Shown: positions 1-11,092 of the stretch, piece by piece
How positions within the stretch are numbered: position 1 is the first letter of the stretch
Layout: every line of letters begins with the position of its first letter
DNA from: an uncultured delta proteobacterium
Lineage (GTDB): Bacteria; Desulfobacterota; Syntrophia; Syntrophales; Smithellaceae
NCBI GenBank assembly: GCA_963753975.1
Contig: CAVWEH010000005.1
Location: forward strand, 320,001 to 384,000
Length of the DNA stretch: 64,000 bases
Reading direction: 5' to 3'
Notes under the pieces: generated by a model
The model's database searches: none
What the model saw: the letters and a program-made list of their open reading frames with translations, nothing else
Told to the model about the DNA's origin: nothing
Made by a program: the position numbers and the translations under genes

Positions 1-457
1 GTAACATGGAGCTGGCCTTCAACCAAACTTCCTGTTGAATACAATATGGCGACGGATATCTCAGCAGAAATAAGTGAAGCTCACTTCGTCAGGGACAGTT
101 CTTGCTAGTCGTGATATTGGCGCCTGGCTGCCACTCGTTGCACCCGACCTCAAACTAATTATGCCGGGGCACACCTACCCGGGAATGCTGAGAACTGTTC
201 TCCCCTCGTCCGAATTCGATAGCCGCAAGCGACTTTTTAACGCGATAAATGGGCAGGAAGTAGACCTCCTGAGTACGGTGGTACTGATGAAACAATATAA
301 AGTTGGTACGCTGGTAATACCGAATGGTTCAAACGCAGGAAAATTTATTGAATTTATTAACTCACGCGCAGATATTAAGATCAAGGAGATTCCCGCAGTC
401 GCTGGACACCGCATATTCTTTCTGACTTATGGCCAGGGCATTCTCAATGAACATTAA
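1..457 (+). CDS. 3' part of a hypothetical protein entering from the left edge, split by a +1 frameshift at ~72
   Basis: Frame 1 is open from base 1 (VTWSWPSTKLPVEYNMATDISAEI). Removing one A from 'ataagtg' (72-73) joins it to ORF 74-457 (VKLTSSGTVLASRDIGAWLP...). Confidence 0.55.
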
Positions 458-562
458 AAAATGATTTATCGGACGCCATGTGACATTGTTAGTGACCGTG
501 CTGCACTGTTTGCTGGAAATCGCCAGATTTTCTGATTCATATGCTTCGGCAAAGGATGGAAA

Positions 563-1537
563 ATGAAACTAATAATACAAATCCCCTGCTACAACGAAGC
601 TGAAACACTGACTATTACCCTTTCTGCGCTTCCGCGTGAAGTACCGGGTTTTGATAAAGTCGAATGGCTGATCATTGATGACGGCAGCACGGATAAAACG
701 ATAAAAGTTGCTCAGGAAAATGGCGCGGACTATATTGTGAAGCATACTCGAAATCAAGGCTTAGCGCGCGCGTTTATGACCGGTATCCGGGAAGCTGTTC
801 GTCTGGGTGCGGATGTGATTGTAAACACGGACGCTGATAATCAATATAACGCGAACGATATTCCAACTTTAACTCAGCCTATTATCGACGGGCAGGCGGA
901 TATTGTTGTCGGTGCCAGACCAATCAATAATATCAGTCACTTCTCTCCAATTAAAAAAATTCTCCAGAAAATCGGGAGCTGGGTTCTCCGGATGGCAAGC
1001 CAGACAGACATTCCTGATGTAACCAGCGGTTTTCGAGCAATGACCCACAATGCCGCCCAGCAACTGGTCGTATTTGATAACTACACCTATACACTGGAAA
1101 CCATCATTCAGGCCGGACAAAAAAATATGGCGATCACATCTGTCCCCGTGCGTGTTAACGCTGATTTACGTCCTTCGAAGCTGGTTAAAGGCATTCCATC
1201 GTACATCATGCATAGTATAGTTACTATTGTTCGAATCTTTATCATTTATCGGCCATTTCGTTTTTTTTGCGCGATTGGCATTATATTGTTTGGGTTCGGT
1301 ATTTTGGTTGGCATCCGTTTTATATGGTTTTATCTCAACGGCCATGGATCCGGACATGTGCAATCACTTATTCTGGCCAGTGTTCTAATTGGTATGGGTT
1401 TTCAGACGCTTCTTATTGCTGTCATCGCTGATTTACTCTCAGCAAACCGTAAATTGCTGGAGGATGTGCGCTACAACTTAAAAATCCTTTCGCACAATAA
1501 TGATGATATTGAACAAAAGCATAGAAATAATCGCTGA
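563..1537 (+). CDS. GT2 glycosyltransferase, DPM1/GtrB-like, with two C-terminal TM helices
   Basis: IQIPCYNE, IIDDGSTD, DADNQY and DVTSGFRA motifs; hydrophobic C-terminus. Confidence 0.9.
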   Translation: MKLIIQIPCYNEAETLTITLSALPREVPGFDKVEWLIIDDGSTDKTIKVAQENGADYIVKHTRNQGLARAFMTGIREAVRLGADVIVNTDADNQYNANDIPTLTQPIIDGQADIVVGARPINNISHFSPIKKILQKIGSWVLRMASQTDIPDVTSGFRAMTHNAAQQLVVFDNYTYTLETIIQAGQKNMAITSVPVRVNADLRPSKLVKGIPSYIMHSIVTIVRIFIIYRPFRFFCAIGIILFGFGILVGIRFIWFYLNGHGSGHVQSLILASVLIGMGFQTLLIAVIADLLSANRKLLEDVRYNLKILSHNNDDIEQKHRNNR

Positions 1538-1724
1538 AGATGGTACAGAAGGGCGAGGATAAAGAAGAGAAGGCTATTTCTGCAATCGGAACGACTAAGC
1601 GAGCGGTTATGTGCGCGACTCTCCGTCACGGATCGCCATCCACCTACGATCACTAGTACCTCATTTGAATGTTTTTGCTTCTGATGGTGGGATGTTACCC
1701 ATCGATTTTTTAGGATAGTAATTT

Positions 1725-2741
1725 ATGTCAAAGCAAATAAGACATAAAAAGATTAGACTCGAAGCTTCATCGGGATGTCAACTGCGGTGTCATTCTTGTC
1801 CAAATGCTAGTAAAGCGATCTTACCAACTGTAGGAAGAGGTTTTCTTCGGTTGAGCAATTTTCAAAAGCTTCTGGATGAAAATCCATGGATTGCAGAAAT
1901 CGAACTTTCTAACTATGGCGAGATATTTCTAAATCCTGATCTGTTGGAAATTATTGAGTATGCGTATGAGCGGAAAATTACTTTAACTGCTGATAATGGG
2001 GTAAACTTTAATAACGTCAGGATAGAAGTGCTGGAGGGCTTAGTTAAATACAAGTTTCGAAGGATAACTGTCAGTATAGATGGTGCGAGTAATAAAACTT
2101 ATAAACAGTATCGAATAGGCGGAAACTATGACGTAGTAATTGAAAATATAAAGAAGGTAAATCTCTTTAAACAGCAGTATCAGTCAAAATATCCTTTGTT
2201 GTCATGGCAGTTCGTAATCTTTGGTCACAACGAGCACGAATTACTAACGGCAAGAAAATTGGCTAACGAACTAAATATGTATTTCTACACAAAACTATCA
2301 TGGGATGCTAAATTTTCACCTGTGCAAAATCAAGAAGTTATCAGAAAAGAACTTGGTGCTGTTTCACGGGGCGAATACAAAGAAAAATATGGCGTGGACT
2401 ATGCACAGGGAATCTGCCGTCAGTTGTGGGAGCAACCACAAATAAACTGGGACGGCAAAGTGTTGGGGTGTTGTCGCAACTTTTGGGGAGATTTTGGTGG
2501 AAATGTATTTACCGATGGGCTTTTGGAGAGTCTCAATAATGAAAAGATTAATTACGCCAAGGATATGCTCATGGGTCGGCAAGGGGCGAGGGATGACATT
2601 CCTTGTGCCACTTGTGGGATTTATTTAGACATGAAAAGAGAAGGGCATTGGCTCAAGAGAAGCGTAAAAAGACGGTTAATTTCTTCAATTCCCCCTAAGC
2701 TTAAGCACATAATTGAGAGGTTATTATGTAAAAAAGGTTAG
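1725..2741 (+). CDS. Radical SAM protein with SPASM/Twitch-like C-terminal Cys motifs
   Basis: CQLRCHSC (CxxxCxxC), NYGEIFL, VSIDGA; C-terminal C...WDGKVLGCC...CATC. Confidence 0.85.
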   Translation: MSKQIRHKKIRLEASSGCQLRCHSCPNASKAILPTVGRGFLRLSNFQKLLDENPWIAEIELSNYGEIFLNPDLLEIIEYAYERKITLTADNGVNFNNVRIEVLEGLVKYKFRRITVSIDGASNKTYKQYRIGGNYDVVIENIKKVNLFKQQYQSKYPLLSWQFVIFGHNEHELLTARKLANELNMYFYTKLSWDAKFSPVQNQEVIRKELGAVSRGEYKEKYGVDYAQGICRQLWEQPQINWDGKVLGCCRNFWGDFGGNVFTDGLLESLNNEKINYAKDMLMGRQGARDDIPCATCGIYLDMKREGHWLKRSVKRRLISSIPPKLKHIIERLLCKKG

Positions 2742-2830
2742 CAGAAAGCCACACTTCAGTCAAGGTATATATTCAATAATATTAGTAAGTAATCTTTGAA
2801 TAACTACAACTTATTGCCGTAAATATGAGG

Positions 2831-2869
2831 ATAAAAAAGTTGAAGTTGATGGTTAGTTGTGCAAAGGTT
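2831..2869 (+). repeat. 39-bp dispersed repeat, copy 1 (copy 2 at 18156-18194); IS-end-like
   Basis: ataaaaaagttgaagttgatggttagttgtgcaaaggtt vs ataaagaagttgaatttgatggttagttgtgtaaaggtt, 3 mismatches. Confidence 0.75.
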
Positions 2870-2971
2870 TCTTACCGTTTAAAATATTTAAAAATATATT
2901 TTAAAAACTATTGACTAAAATCAACCAAGTCTCGGAACATAAAATAACTGTTAAATGAGAGACTGTTATTG

Positions 2972-4312
2972 ATGATCGATCTTGTCAAACGTAAAATCCA
3001 AAATCTGATTTTAGATAAGAAATTTTCTGAGATTTTGATCGGATCGTCTTGGGCTCTGTCCGCCAGTGTTATTGCCGCCGGCCTGGGACTGGTATCCAGT
3101 ATAATTATTGCCAGAGCCTATGGAGCGGAAATGCTGGGCATTGTGGCAGTGCTTAACTCCTTTTTTACTTTGGTCACTATTTTTACTGTCCTGGGCACTG
3201 GGACATCTATCCTGCGCCTTATCCCGGAGCATCTGGTTAAATATTCACCCACATCAGCTTTTAAAGTCTATCGCAAGACCCAGTACTTTGTGGTCGGAAT
3301 TTCCATTCTTACCGGTAGCCTGCTTTTTTTTGCCTCAGGATTTATTGCGGAAACCGTGTTTTCCAAACCACACCTTAGATTTTATTTTGCTTTGGCCGCA
3401 GTGCTTATCGTGTTCCCGTCGCTCATTCAATTCAACACCCAGGCTGTGCGCGGGTTACGCCTGATCCGGGGATTTGCCTTCATGCAGGTGCTGCCTTCAT
3501 TTACCAAACTGCTCATTTTGATCCCCATAACCATTTTCTTTTTTCACCAGGACAATCCCATCTATGCCATGTTCGCGTCCATGGCCGTCACCGCTCTGGC
3601 CGGGGTTTGGATCATGAACAGGGCATTTAAAGTCAAAACAGGGTCAAACGACATTATTCAGCCCATGCCGGTGAAAGATATCCTGGCCATTTCCCTGCCC
3701 ATGTTTTTGACTTCAACTATGACCTTTGTAATCGGCCAGACCGGTGTGATCATGCTGGGTATATTCCGGCCTGAGGCGGAAGTGGGGTATTACTCCGTCG
3801 CCGTCAGCATGGCATCCTTGACCAGTTTTGTCTTGTCAGCTATCAACTCCATGGCCGCGCCTAAATTTTCCGAACTATTTAACAGCGATAAAATTGCCGG
3901 ACTTTTTTATGTAGCCCAAAAATCGACCAAGCTCATTTTCTGGGCTACTATTCCCATACTTTTCTTCTTAGTTTTGCTGGGTAAACCAGCACTTTCTCTG
4001 TTGTTCGGCCGTGATTTTACGGTGGCGTACTGGGCAATGTTTTTCCTTGTTCTTGGTCAATTTGTAAACTCGATTTCCGGCTCAACTGGCATTTTCATGA
4101 ACATGACCGGCCATCAGATTGTGTTTCGTAATGTTATGTTTATGGCAGCGGTAATGAATGTGATTCTCAACCTGATACTTATTCCTAACCTTGGCATTTA
4201 CGGTGCAGCTTTGGCCGGGATGTCCAGTCTGATTTTTTGGAACGTATATTTATTGATTTATATCAAAATGAAATATGGTAGAATCATTGGGTATTTGCCT
4301 TTGGGACGCTGA
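2972..4312 (+). CDS. wzx: Wzx-type polysaccharide flippase (MATE-like)
   Basis: Many TM segments; 'AEVGYYSVA' and 'LNLILIPNLGIYGAALA' flippase signatures. Confidence 0.85.
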   Translation: MIDLVKRKIQNLILDKKFSEILIGSSWALSASVIAAGLGLVSSIIIARAYGAEMLGIVAVLNSFFTLVTIFTVLGTGTSILRLIPEHLVKYSPTSAFKVYRKTQYFVVGISILTGSLLFFASGFIAETVFSKPHLRFYFALAAVLIVFPSLIQFNTQAVRGLRLIRGFAFMQVLPSFTKLLILIPITIFFFHQDNPIYAMFASMAVTALAGVWIMNRAFKVKTGSNDIIQPMPVKDILAISLPMFLTSTMTFVIGQTGVIMLGIFRPEAEVGYYSVAVSMASLTSFVLSAINSMAAPKFSELFNSDKIAGLFYVAQKSTKLIFWATIPILFFLVLLGKPALSLLFGRDFTVAYWAMFFLVLGQFVNSISGSTGIFMNMTGHQIVFRNVMFMAAVMNVILNLILIPNLGIYGAALAGMSSLIFWNVYLLIYIKMKYGRIIGYLPLGR

Positions 4313-4368
4313 GGAGGATTCAATGCCATACCCAGTTGACCTGATATCTATTTTTGTTGGAGGCTTTT

Positions 4369-5280
4369 ATGAAATATGCTTTGCCTAATCTTTTTGTAAT
4401 TGGTGCACCCAAATCGGGCACCTCTGCTTTGGTGCACGCATTGGGCCAACATCCGGATATTTATGTACCTTTAAAAAAAGAGTTAAGATACTTTGATGCT
4501 CGTACATTTTATGATTATAAAGAAGACTATCCAATCAAATCTATTGATGATTATTTATCATTCTATAAATCGCCAGATGCCAAAGATGCATCGTATAGAG
4601 TAGATGGTAGTGTTTATAATATGTATAGTCCAGAATCTATCAAAAACATATTAGAGTTTTCCTCTAATGCTAAATTTATTATAATGCTTAGAGATCCTGT
4701 AATGGCATCTAAGTCAATGCATGCGCAAAGATTGAAATACGGCTCTGGCGGCATGCGGGAAATCTCCGACGATTTTTGCACGTGCTGGAAAAGTCTTGAA
4801 ATGAGAAAATTGGGGAAAATGTACCCTAAGCACTGCCGAAACAAATTTCTTTTTAGATATGATCTTTTATACTCATATGAATTATATGTTCCAAAAATTT
4901 TAAGCATGGTTTCACCAAAGAATATCTATATAGGTAGACATGAGCAGCTTAAAAGCAATCCTGTAACCGTATATAAAGATATTTTTTCATTTCTTAATGT
5001 CAAATTTGATTTTATACCCGAAACAAAAATAATAAATCCGTCTTATATTATTAAGTCAACATTATATAATAAAATAGCTCGTCATTTAGCTGGCAAAAGC
5101 TTAAGATTGAGAAAGTCAATGGGTTTATCTGGCAAAAGAGTTGACATGTTTGCGAAATTGATTTTTCAAAAAATCGAAACGACGCATTACGCTAATTCTT
5201 ATTGTGATAATGAGGTCCGTGCCTTTTTCCAAAGCACATACAAATTTCTGGATACTCTTCAAATCTTAAATAGAGGTTAA
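4369..5280 (+). CDS. Sulfotransferase
   Basis: PNLFVIGAPKSGTSAL (5'-PSB loop) and IIMLRDPV..S (3'-PB motif); GGAGG RBS before ATG 4369. Confidence 0.9.
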   Translation: MKYALPNLFVIGAPKSGTSALVHALGQHPDIYVPLKKELRYFDARTFYDYKEDYPIKSIDDYLSFYKSPDAKDASYRVDGSVYNMYSPESIKNILEFSSNAKFIIMLRDPVMASKSMHAQRLKYGSGGMREISDDFCTCWKSLEMRKLGKMYPKHCRNKFLFRYDLLYSYELYVPKILSMVSPKNIYIGRHEQLKSNPVTVYKDIFSFLNVKFDFIPETKIINPSYIIKSTLYNKIARHLAGKSLRLRKSMGLSGKRVDMFAKLIFQKIETTHYANSYCDNEVRAFFQSTYKFLDTLQILNRG

Positions 5281-5548
5281 AGCTAAAGTTTGGGAATTTT
5301 TCATAACTTGAAAACTGAATGATGATTTGGCAGTCCATCTTGGCGGTGACATTGAAACAGTAGTTATCGATGCGGAATTAAACCCGGATCATGCGGCCTC
5401 AGCAACAGACCTTCCCTGCGGTTAGAGGGAAAAATGATTTCATGCTTCTCAATTCACACTACATTAAATCAACAAGTATTTTTAATAGAGCGGATTATTT
5501 AAAATTTGAAAAAAGTAAGAAAGATTATACTTTACCGAGGAATATAAA

Positions 5549-6637
5549 ATGAAAATCCTTTATTGCATAAGTAAAGATCCTTATTTAGATGAGAAGCGTG
5601 GTGGACAATTATCTACTCTTGCTTTAAAAAAAGAATTCAATAAGTATTCATGTAAATCAGGATTGGTATCGAATTTTTCTGAAAAGCCAAATACTAAGGA
5701 AGATTATAAACTGGCATTACCCAAATCTAAAATAACTCGGAAGTTAATATTGGACTATTTTAATCCTAGAGTTGAAAAAGAAATGTGCAGTATATTAAAA
5801 GATTTTGAACCGGATTTAATTCATTTTAATAGTATTTGGGGATTCCCTTTAAATACATTAAATAAAATAGCAAAAATATATCCAGTAGTTATAACTATAA
5901 GGGACACTTGGATATTGGAATATTCCCCAAAATTACCCAAATTCATAAATAATATACATAAAAAAATAGCATTAAAAAAACTAAAAAATATACTTCTTAT
6001 CGCTCCAAGCAAATTTATTTATAAAAAATTAAAAAACACGGGTTATAAAAAAGTTAAATTAATATATAATTCTGTAGATATGTCTCCTAAAAGAACGTCG
6101 TATAAAAAAACGATAATGTATTCTGGAAGAATAAGTTCGGAAAAAGGATTACAAACAATTATAGGAATTTTAGACAAAATAAAGAATTATAGGATTCTTA
6201 TTTTAGGTGAAGGCCCAATGAAAAAAAAGCTTCAAGAATCTTATAAAAATATTGAATTTCTGGGATTTCAAAATCCTGAAAGATATTATCAGAAGAGTAG
6301 TATTCTTGTGATGCCGTCTATTTGGGAGGAAGCTTTTGGAAGATCTACGCTGGAAGCTATGTCTTATGGATTATGCGTTATAGGCTCTAACACGGGAGGT
6401 ACTCCGGAATTAATTGTTCCTTATAAAACTGGTTTATTATTTGAACCTGGAAATGCAGACGATTTTGAAAAAAAGATAAATTATCTGTTGGAAAATCCTG
6501 AAAAAATTAAATTAATGGGTAATAATGCAAGCAACTTTATTAAAAAGAAATATAATTATAAAGAGATGATACGAAATTATAAAGAAGCTTATCAAGAAAC
6601 CATAAATCTTTTTGAAATAAAAAAAGAAATAAATTAG
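5549..6637 (+). CDS. GT4 glycosyltransferase, very AT-rich gene
   Basis: SGRISSEKG and PSIWEEAFGRSTLEAMSYG (EX7E) motifs. Confidence 0.9.
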   Translation: MKILYCISKDPYLDEKRGGQLSTLALKKEFNKYSCKSGLVSNFSEKPNTKEDYKLALPKSKITRKLILDYFNPRVEKEMCSILKDFEPDLIHFNSIWGFPLNTLNKIAKIYPVVITIRDTWILEYSPKLPKFINNIHKKIALKKLKNILLIAPSKFIYKKLKNTGYKKVKLIYNSVDMSPKRTSYKKTIMYSGRISSEKGLQTIIGILDKIKNYRILILGEGPMKKKLQESYKNIEFLGFQNPERYYQKSSILVMPSIWEEAFGRSTLEAMSYGLCVIGSNTGGTPELIVPYKTGLLFEPGNADDFEKKINYLLENPEKIKLMGNNASNFIKKKYNYKEMIRNYKEAYQETINLFEIKKEIN

Positions 6638-6730
6638 ATTAAAAGAAATAGTTAATAAACAATTGAAACTTATAAAAAATTTAAACCCGCTGGCTAGTTA
6701 GATAAAAGACTCGAAAGGTTTTTAGAAAAT

Positions 6731-7684
6731 ATGATGTTCTTTTTACCTAAAAAAAACAAACCCATTTCCACCCTGCCTAATTTCCTAATCGTTGGAGCAC
6801 AAAGATGCGGCACGACCTCACTGTATTACTACCTACAGCAGCATCCTGATGTCTATATGAGTCCGATCAAGGAGCCTAAATTTCTAAGCAATCGCGCGGC
6901 CAACCAGGGTAGAGGTCCCGGTGACTATTTAATTACGCAAAGCAGTGTGAGCTCATTTGACAATTACCGCAAACTGTTTGAAAAAAGTGTTGGCAAGAAA
7001 GCGGTGGGTGAGGCCAGTGTGGATACCATGTTTTTTTATCAAGAGGCCATACCGGCCGTTAAACGTCATCTGGGCGATCCGCGGATTATCATTATTCTAA
7101 GAGATCCGGTGAAACGCGCCTATTCCGCTTATAATTTTCTGGTCCGTGATGGCTGGGAATATCTGCCCTTTGCGGACACCCTGAACCAGGAGGAGCGGCG
7201 CAAGCGCGACGGATATTGCTGGCATTGGCTTTATCGCGAAGTCGGCTTGTATGCCGGCCAGGTGCGCGCCTTTCAAGAAAACTTCAGCCGGGTGTCTGTC
7301 CTGTTCTATGATGATCTGAAAATCAATGCCGACGCACTGATGCGGTCTGTATTCACATTTCTTGACATAAACCCCGATTTCGTTTCGTACATCAGCCACA
7401 GACACAATATTTCCGGTATTCCTCGCTGGTCATTTCTGAATGCGCTTTTCGTCAAACCCAAGCGGCTGCACAAAGTAGCCCGCGCCGTCGGTGGAGCGAT
7501 ATTAGGTGCTGATCGATGGGTTCGCCTGCGCGAGCATCTTCGTTCCACTATTCTGCAAAAGCCCGAAGCTATCGATCCTGAAATAGAACAACAACTCAGG
7601 CTGTTCTATCGCGATGATATTCTTAAGCTGCAGGACTACATCGGTAGAGACTTGAGTTCGTGGCTCGAGAAAGAACATAGATGA
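6731..7684 (+). CDS. Sulfotransferase
   Basis: LPNFLIVGAQRCGTTSL, KEPKF and ILRDPVKRAYSAY motifs. Confidence 0.9.
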   Translation: MMFFLPKKNKPISTLPNFLIVGAQRCGTTSLYYYLQQHPDVYMSPIKEPKFLSNRAANQGRGPGDYLITQSSVSSFDNYRKLFEKSVGKKAVGEASVDTMFFYQEAIPAVKRHLGDPRIIIILRDPVKRAYSAYNFLVRDGWEYLPFADTLNQEERRKRDGYCWHWLYREVGLYAGQVRAFQENFSRVSVLFYDDLKINADALMRSVFTFLDINPDFVSYISHRHNISGIPRWSFLNALFVKPKRLHKVARAVGGAILGADRWVRLREHLRSTILQKPEAIDPEIEQQLRLFYRDDILKLQDYIGRDLSSWLEKEHR

Positions 7685-8733
7685 AAATATTTAATCCCGT
7701 TGACGTGCTGCCGCGAGATCAATCAGTAAGCATTATTATTCCGGTTTATAATGTAGAGCAGTACTTGGTCGAATGTTTGGATTCTGTTGTCAATCAGAGT
7801 TTCAGAGATATAGAGATCATTGTAATAAACGATGGTTCTACCGATAATAGCCTTAATATTATTAAGCAGTACATGGGAAAAGATGACAGGATTACATTGA
7901 TTGATAAGAAAAACGAGGGTACGGGACTTACGCGCAACGCTGGCATAAAAATGGCGAAGTCGAAATACTTTTTGCTGCTCGATTCCGACGATTGTCTTGC
8001 GCTCAATGCAATAGAGGTTTTGTATAATAAAATGCTTCAGGCTGATTTTGATATTTTGATTTTCAACGGTCTGTCTTTTGAAGATTATGGCGAAAACAGG
8101 TGTTGGAACAAAAATCCTTATTTTGAACTCGACCAAAAAGATGAGAATATTTTTGCAACAGGTTTGGAATGGATTGAACATACTGGCGGCGAAATCCAGC
8201 AACCGGGCATGAAAATGTATAATCGTAATTTTATCCTTGAAAATAATGTGAAGTTTTCCGACACATGTGCAGGAGAGGACAACTATTTCTTTTATTTGAG
8301 CATGATTCGGGCACAAAGAGTTGGTTACATTCATTATGTCGGGTACTTTAGGCGCTATAGGCCCGGCTCATGCATAACCGATAAATCCATAAAAAGCACA
8401 CAAGGGAGAATAAATTCATTTCGCTACATAGTATCAACACTGGATTTGGTCAGCAGTAAAAAATATAGGAGCCTCATAGGTAAACAGCACGCATACTACG
8501 CCAGCTTACTTTGGATTCTTTGCATGATCAGAGATAACGGGAATGATAGGAATGCGTTATTGAGCAACTATCAAAGGTGCAACCTTCAGGATTTTATCCG
8601 ACAAAACAGGAAAGATTGGAAACTATATATTTTGTACTTTTTTATATCACTACCGAAGGCGATGCGGTCTCTACAGATACTTTTTGCTCGTACGATTCAA
8701 TTTTTATATAAATCCAGGTCCAGGCTACTCTAA
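7681..8733 (+). CDS. GT2 glycosyltransferase
   Basis: SIIIPVYNVEQYL, INDGSTD, LDSDD; ATGA overlap with the upstream stop. Confidence 0.9.
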   Translation: MKIFNPVDVLPRDQSVSIIIPVYNVEQYLVECLDSVVNQSFRDIEIIVINDGSTDNSLNIIKQYMGKDDRITLIDKKNEGTGLTRNAGIKMAKSKYFLLLDSDDCLALNAIEVLYNKMLQADFDILIFNGLSFEDYGENRCWNKNPYFELDQKDENIFATGLEWIEHTGGEIQQPGMKMYNRNFILENNVKFSDTCAGEDNYFFYLSMIRAQRVGYIHYVGYFRRYRPGSCITDKSIKSTQGRINSFRYIVSTLDLVSSKKYRSLIGKQHAYYASLLWILCMIRDNGNDRNALLSNYQRCNLQDFIRQNRKDWKLYILYFFISLPKAMRSLQILFARTIQFLYKSRSRLL

Positions 8734-8737
8734 AAAG

Positions 8738-9653
8738 ATGCTAAAAGAACACAAAAAGACGAATTCGCCTCAAATCAGCTTGATTTTGCTGACCATGAAC
8801 CGGAAAGAAATGCTGGAGAACTGTCTGCGGTCAGTTCAAAAACAGAAGTTTCCGGATATGGAAATCATTGTTGTGGATAATGCGTCTTGTGACGGAACGG
8901 GGGATATGGTTCAAAGTCTGTTTCCAGGACGTGCGGTATTTTTACCTCAGCGCCAACATGGGAGCTCCGGGTGGAAGAAATTATGGAGTGCGGATGGCCG
9001 GCGGAGAGTTCTGTGTTTTTCTGGATGATGACGCGGTTTTCGCTGACGAAAACGCCCTTAGCCTCGTGGTTTCTTACTTTCGCTCCAATGGCGGCTTGGG
9101 CTGCATTGCCTTTCGGATTCTTCAGCCAAGCGACGGTTGCGAGGAATATAAGAGCATTCCCCGGGCGGATAAAAAAATCGTTCACGAGGACTACGAGTGC
9201 AGCTATTTCTGCGGCGCCGGTTTTGCTATCAGGCGTAACCTTTTTCTGGAGATCGGGATGTTCTGGGAGCCTCTGTTTTTTATCGCTGAAGAACTGGACT
9301 TCAGTTATCGACTGGTAAATCAAGGATATAAGATTTTGCGTTCCTCCGCCATATCCGTTATTCATTATGAAACGCCTCAGGCCAGAGTCAAGGGAAAGTG
9401 GATTTATTATGGCGTAAGAAATCGATGTTGGGTGGCGGCAAGACATTTACCCTGGTTCAATGTTTTTTCACATACGTTGTTGTGGTGGGGATATTATTTT
9501 ATAAAGGCTCTTCGCTATCGTCATCCGCTCTATTTTATGCAAGGCCTTAAAGATACTGTGATTGGCTTCCGGAAAGCGCTACGCAGCCGAGCTTGCATCA
9601 CCAAAGAAACCGTTGGCAAATTAAAAATATTATCCGGAAGAGTCTATTACTGA
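8738..9653 (+). CDS. GT2 glycosyltransferase, frameshifted (+1) at ~8926-8928
   Basis: N-half ...IIVVDNASCDGTGDMVQSLFP joins DVRYFYLSANMG..RNYG..FLDDDA if one base is removed from 'ttccaggacgtg'. Confidence 0.8.
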
Positions 9654-9692
9654 GCGGCGTCTAGGGCATTCAAGGGTCGGTTTAAAACAGAA

Positions 9693-10328
9693 ATGAATAT
9701 TAAGACAAAGGTCCTTTATGTTTGGTCGCATGGATTGATGGCTCTAACCCTTTTGCGCTGGTTATCCCGGTTAGGAATAAAAATTGTTCCCTATTATCTT
9801 TTTGAAGAGTCAAAAAATTTTCTGAGTACGGACATCAAGCCGCTGCTGGATGAACCTTTTGAAACGATTTTGCTGGGTCGAAGCGATGTCGAGCTGCTTA
9901 AAGGATTGGAGAATCTGTCTGAAACGCCGGCAGATTTTTCAAAACTGTGGAATGCCGGCTGCTCATGCATTGGTTTGAAAAGCGAGGGGGCGATTCTGGC
10001 TTATGGCTGGTTTGATCTATTAAGATGCAATTACAAGTATTTGTCATTTGCGCTTCAAGGCGATGAGGCTTACGCGTTCAATTTTCATACCGCCAGACAT
10101 ATGCGGGGGCGAAATATCGCCCCGTTTCTAAGAACAATTCTGTATGCTTATCTTGAAAGTATGGGGCGAAACAAAATTTACAGCATTTCGGAAAAATTTA
10201 ATACTTCGGCGATGAAATTTAAAGAAAAAATAAATGCAAAGCCCCTGTGTTATTATGTTTATGTGAATTTATTCAACATGGTCAGCAAAAATATTATGAT
10301 CAAAACATTGAAAGATCGTATGACATGA
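9693..10328 (+). CDS. GNAT-like acyltransferase-fold protein
   Basis: EAYAFNFHT..MRGRNIA resembles GNAT motif A; N..AMKFKEK at the C-terminus. Confidence 0.55.
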   Translation: MNIKTKVLYVWSHGLMALTLLRWLSRLGIKIVPYYLFEESKNFLSTDIKPLLDEPFETILLGRSDVELLKGLENLSETPADFSKLWNAGCSCIGLKSEGAILAYGWFDLLRCNYKYLSFALQGDEAYAFNFHTARHMRGRNIAPFLRTILYAYLESMGRNKIYSISEKFNTSAMKFKEKINAKPLCYYVYVNLFNMVSKNIMIKTLKDRMT

Positions 10329-11092
10329 CACAAAAAACAGGTTCCCGCAAAAGTGGTCTGCTCAACCGCGATGTCATCACGTCTTCTCTTTTAAAAGGTG
10401 CTTCATGGGCCGATTCGCACGGCGCCGATCCTAATGCCGGATTTTTAGGAGCGGGCCTGCTCTATTATACAATGGCCTATATGCTGCGCGCGAAATTGTG
10501 CGTTTGTATCGGTTCGGGCGGCGGTTTTGTGCCACGCCTGATGCGGCAAGCGCAGAGGGATTTGGGTCTGGTGAATGCCAGAACTGTTCTGATTGATGCC
10601 GATACGGAAGAATGGAGCCGTCCGGACTGGACCGATCAAGCGTCTTTCTTTCGAAGTCACTATAACGATATTGAAATTATCATCGACAGATCATCGAATG
10701 TTTTCAAGCGCAGCGCAACAAAAGCGTGGAAAATAGATTATCTGCATATCGACGGCGATCATTCTCATAGTGGCAGCCTGGAAGATCTTCAAAATTATAA
10801 GAGCTTGATGTCCCCGCGAGGCATTATCACTTTTCATGATACCAAACCCTATGAATACTATAATATCACATGCTGGAAGACCATCAGTGACGTGCGCAAC
10901 AATGGTCATCACGTGCTTGATTTCCCGTGGCTAGGAAGTGGTACCGCCATCATTCAACTGAATAACGGCGTTTATCGGTGTAGCGCTTTGAATATGTTCC
11001 ATAAGCAATACATCTTTAATTTTTTCTCGACGATCCAAAAACGCTTAATCGGAAAAATCCATTCATTATTTCAGAAAATATCATGCAAATGA
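10325..11092 (+). CDS. Class I SAM-dependent methyltransferase (Methyltransf_24-like)
   Basis: CVCIGSGGG, IDYLHIDGDHS and GIITFHD; ATGA coupling to the upstream gene. Confidence 0.75.
   Translation: MTQKTGSRKSGLLNRDVITSSLLKGASWADSHGADPNAGFLGAGLLYYTMAYMLRAKLCVCIGSGGGFVPRLMRQAQRDLGLVNARTVLIDADTEEWSRPDWTDQASFFRSHYNDIEIIIDRSSNVFKRSATKAWKIDYLHIDGDHSHSGSLEDLQNYKSLMSPRGIITFHDTKPYEYYNITCWKTISDVRNNGHHVLDFPWLGSGTAIIQLNNGVYRCSALNMFHKQYIFNFFSTIQKRLIGKIHSLFQKISCK

Noticed and set aside
1585..1612. Possible attC right half (..ctaagcgagcgGTTATGT)
   Set aside because: No complementary left half found.
5311..5425. Short GC-richer open stretch (KLNDDLAVHLGGDIETVVIDAE...)
   Set aside because: No start codon or identifiable family; at most an unassignable gene scrap.
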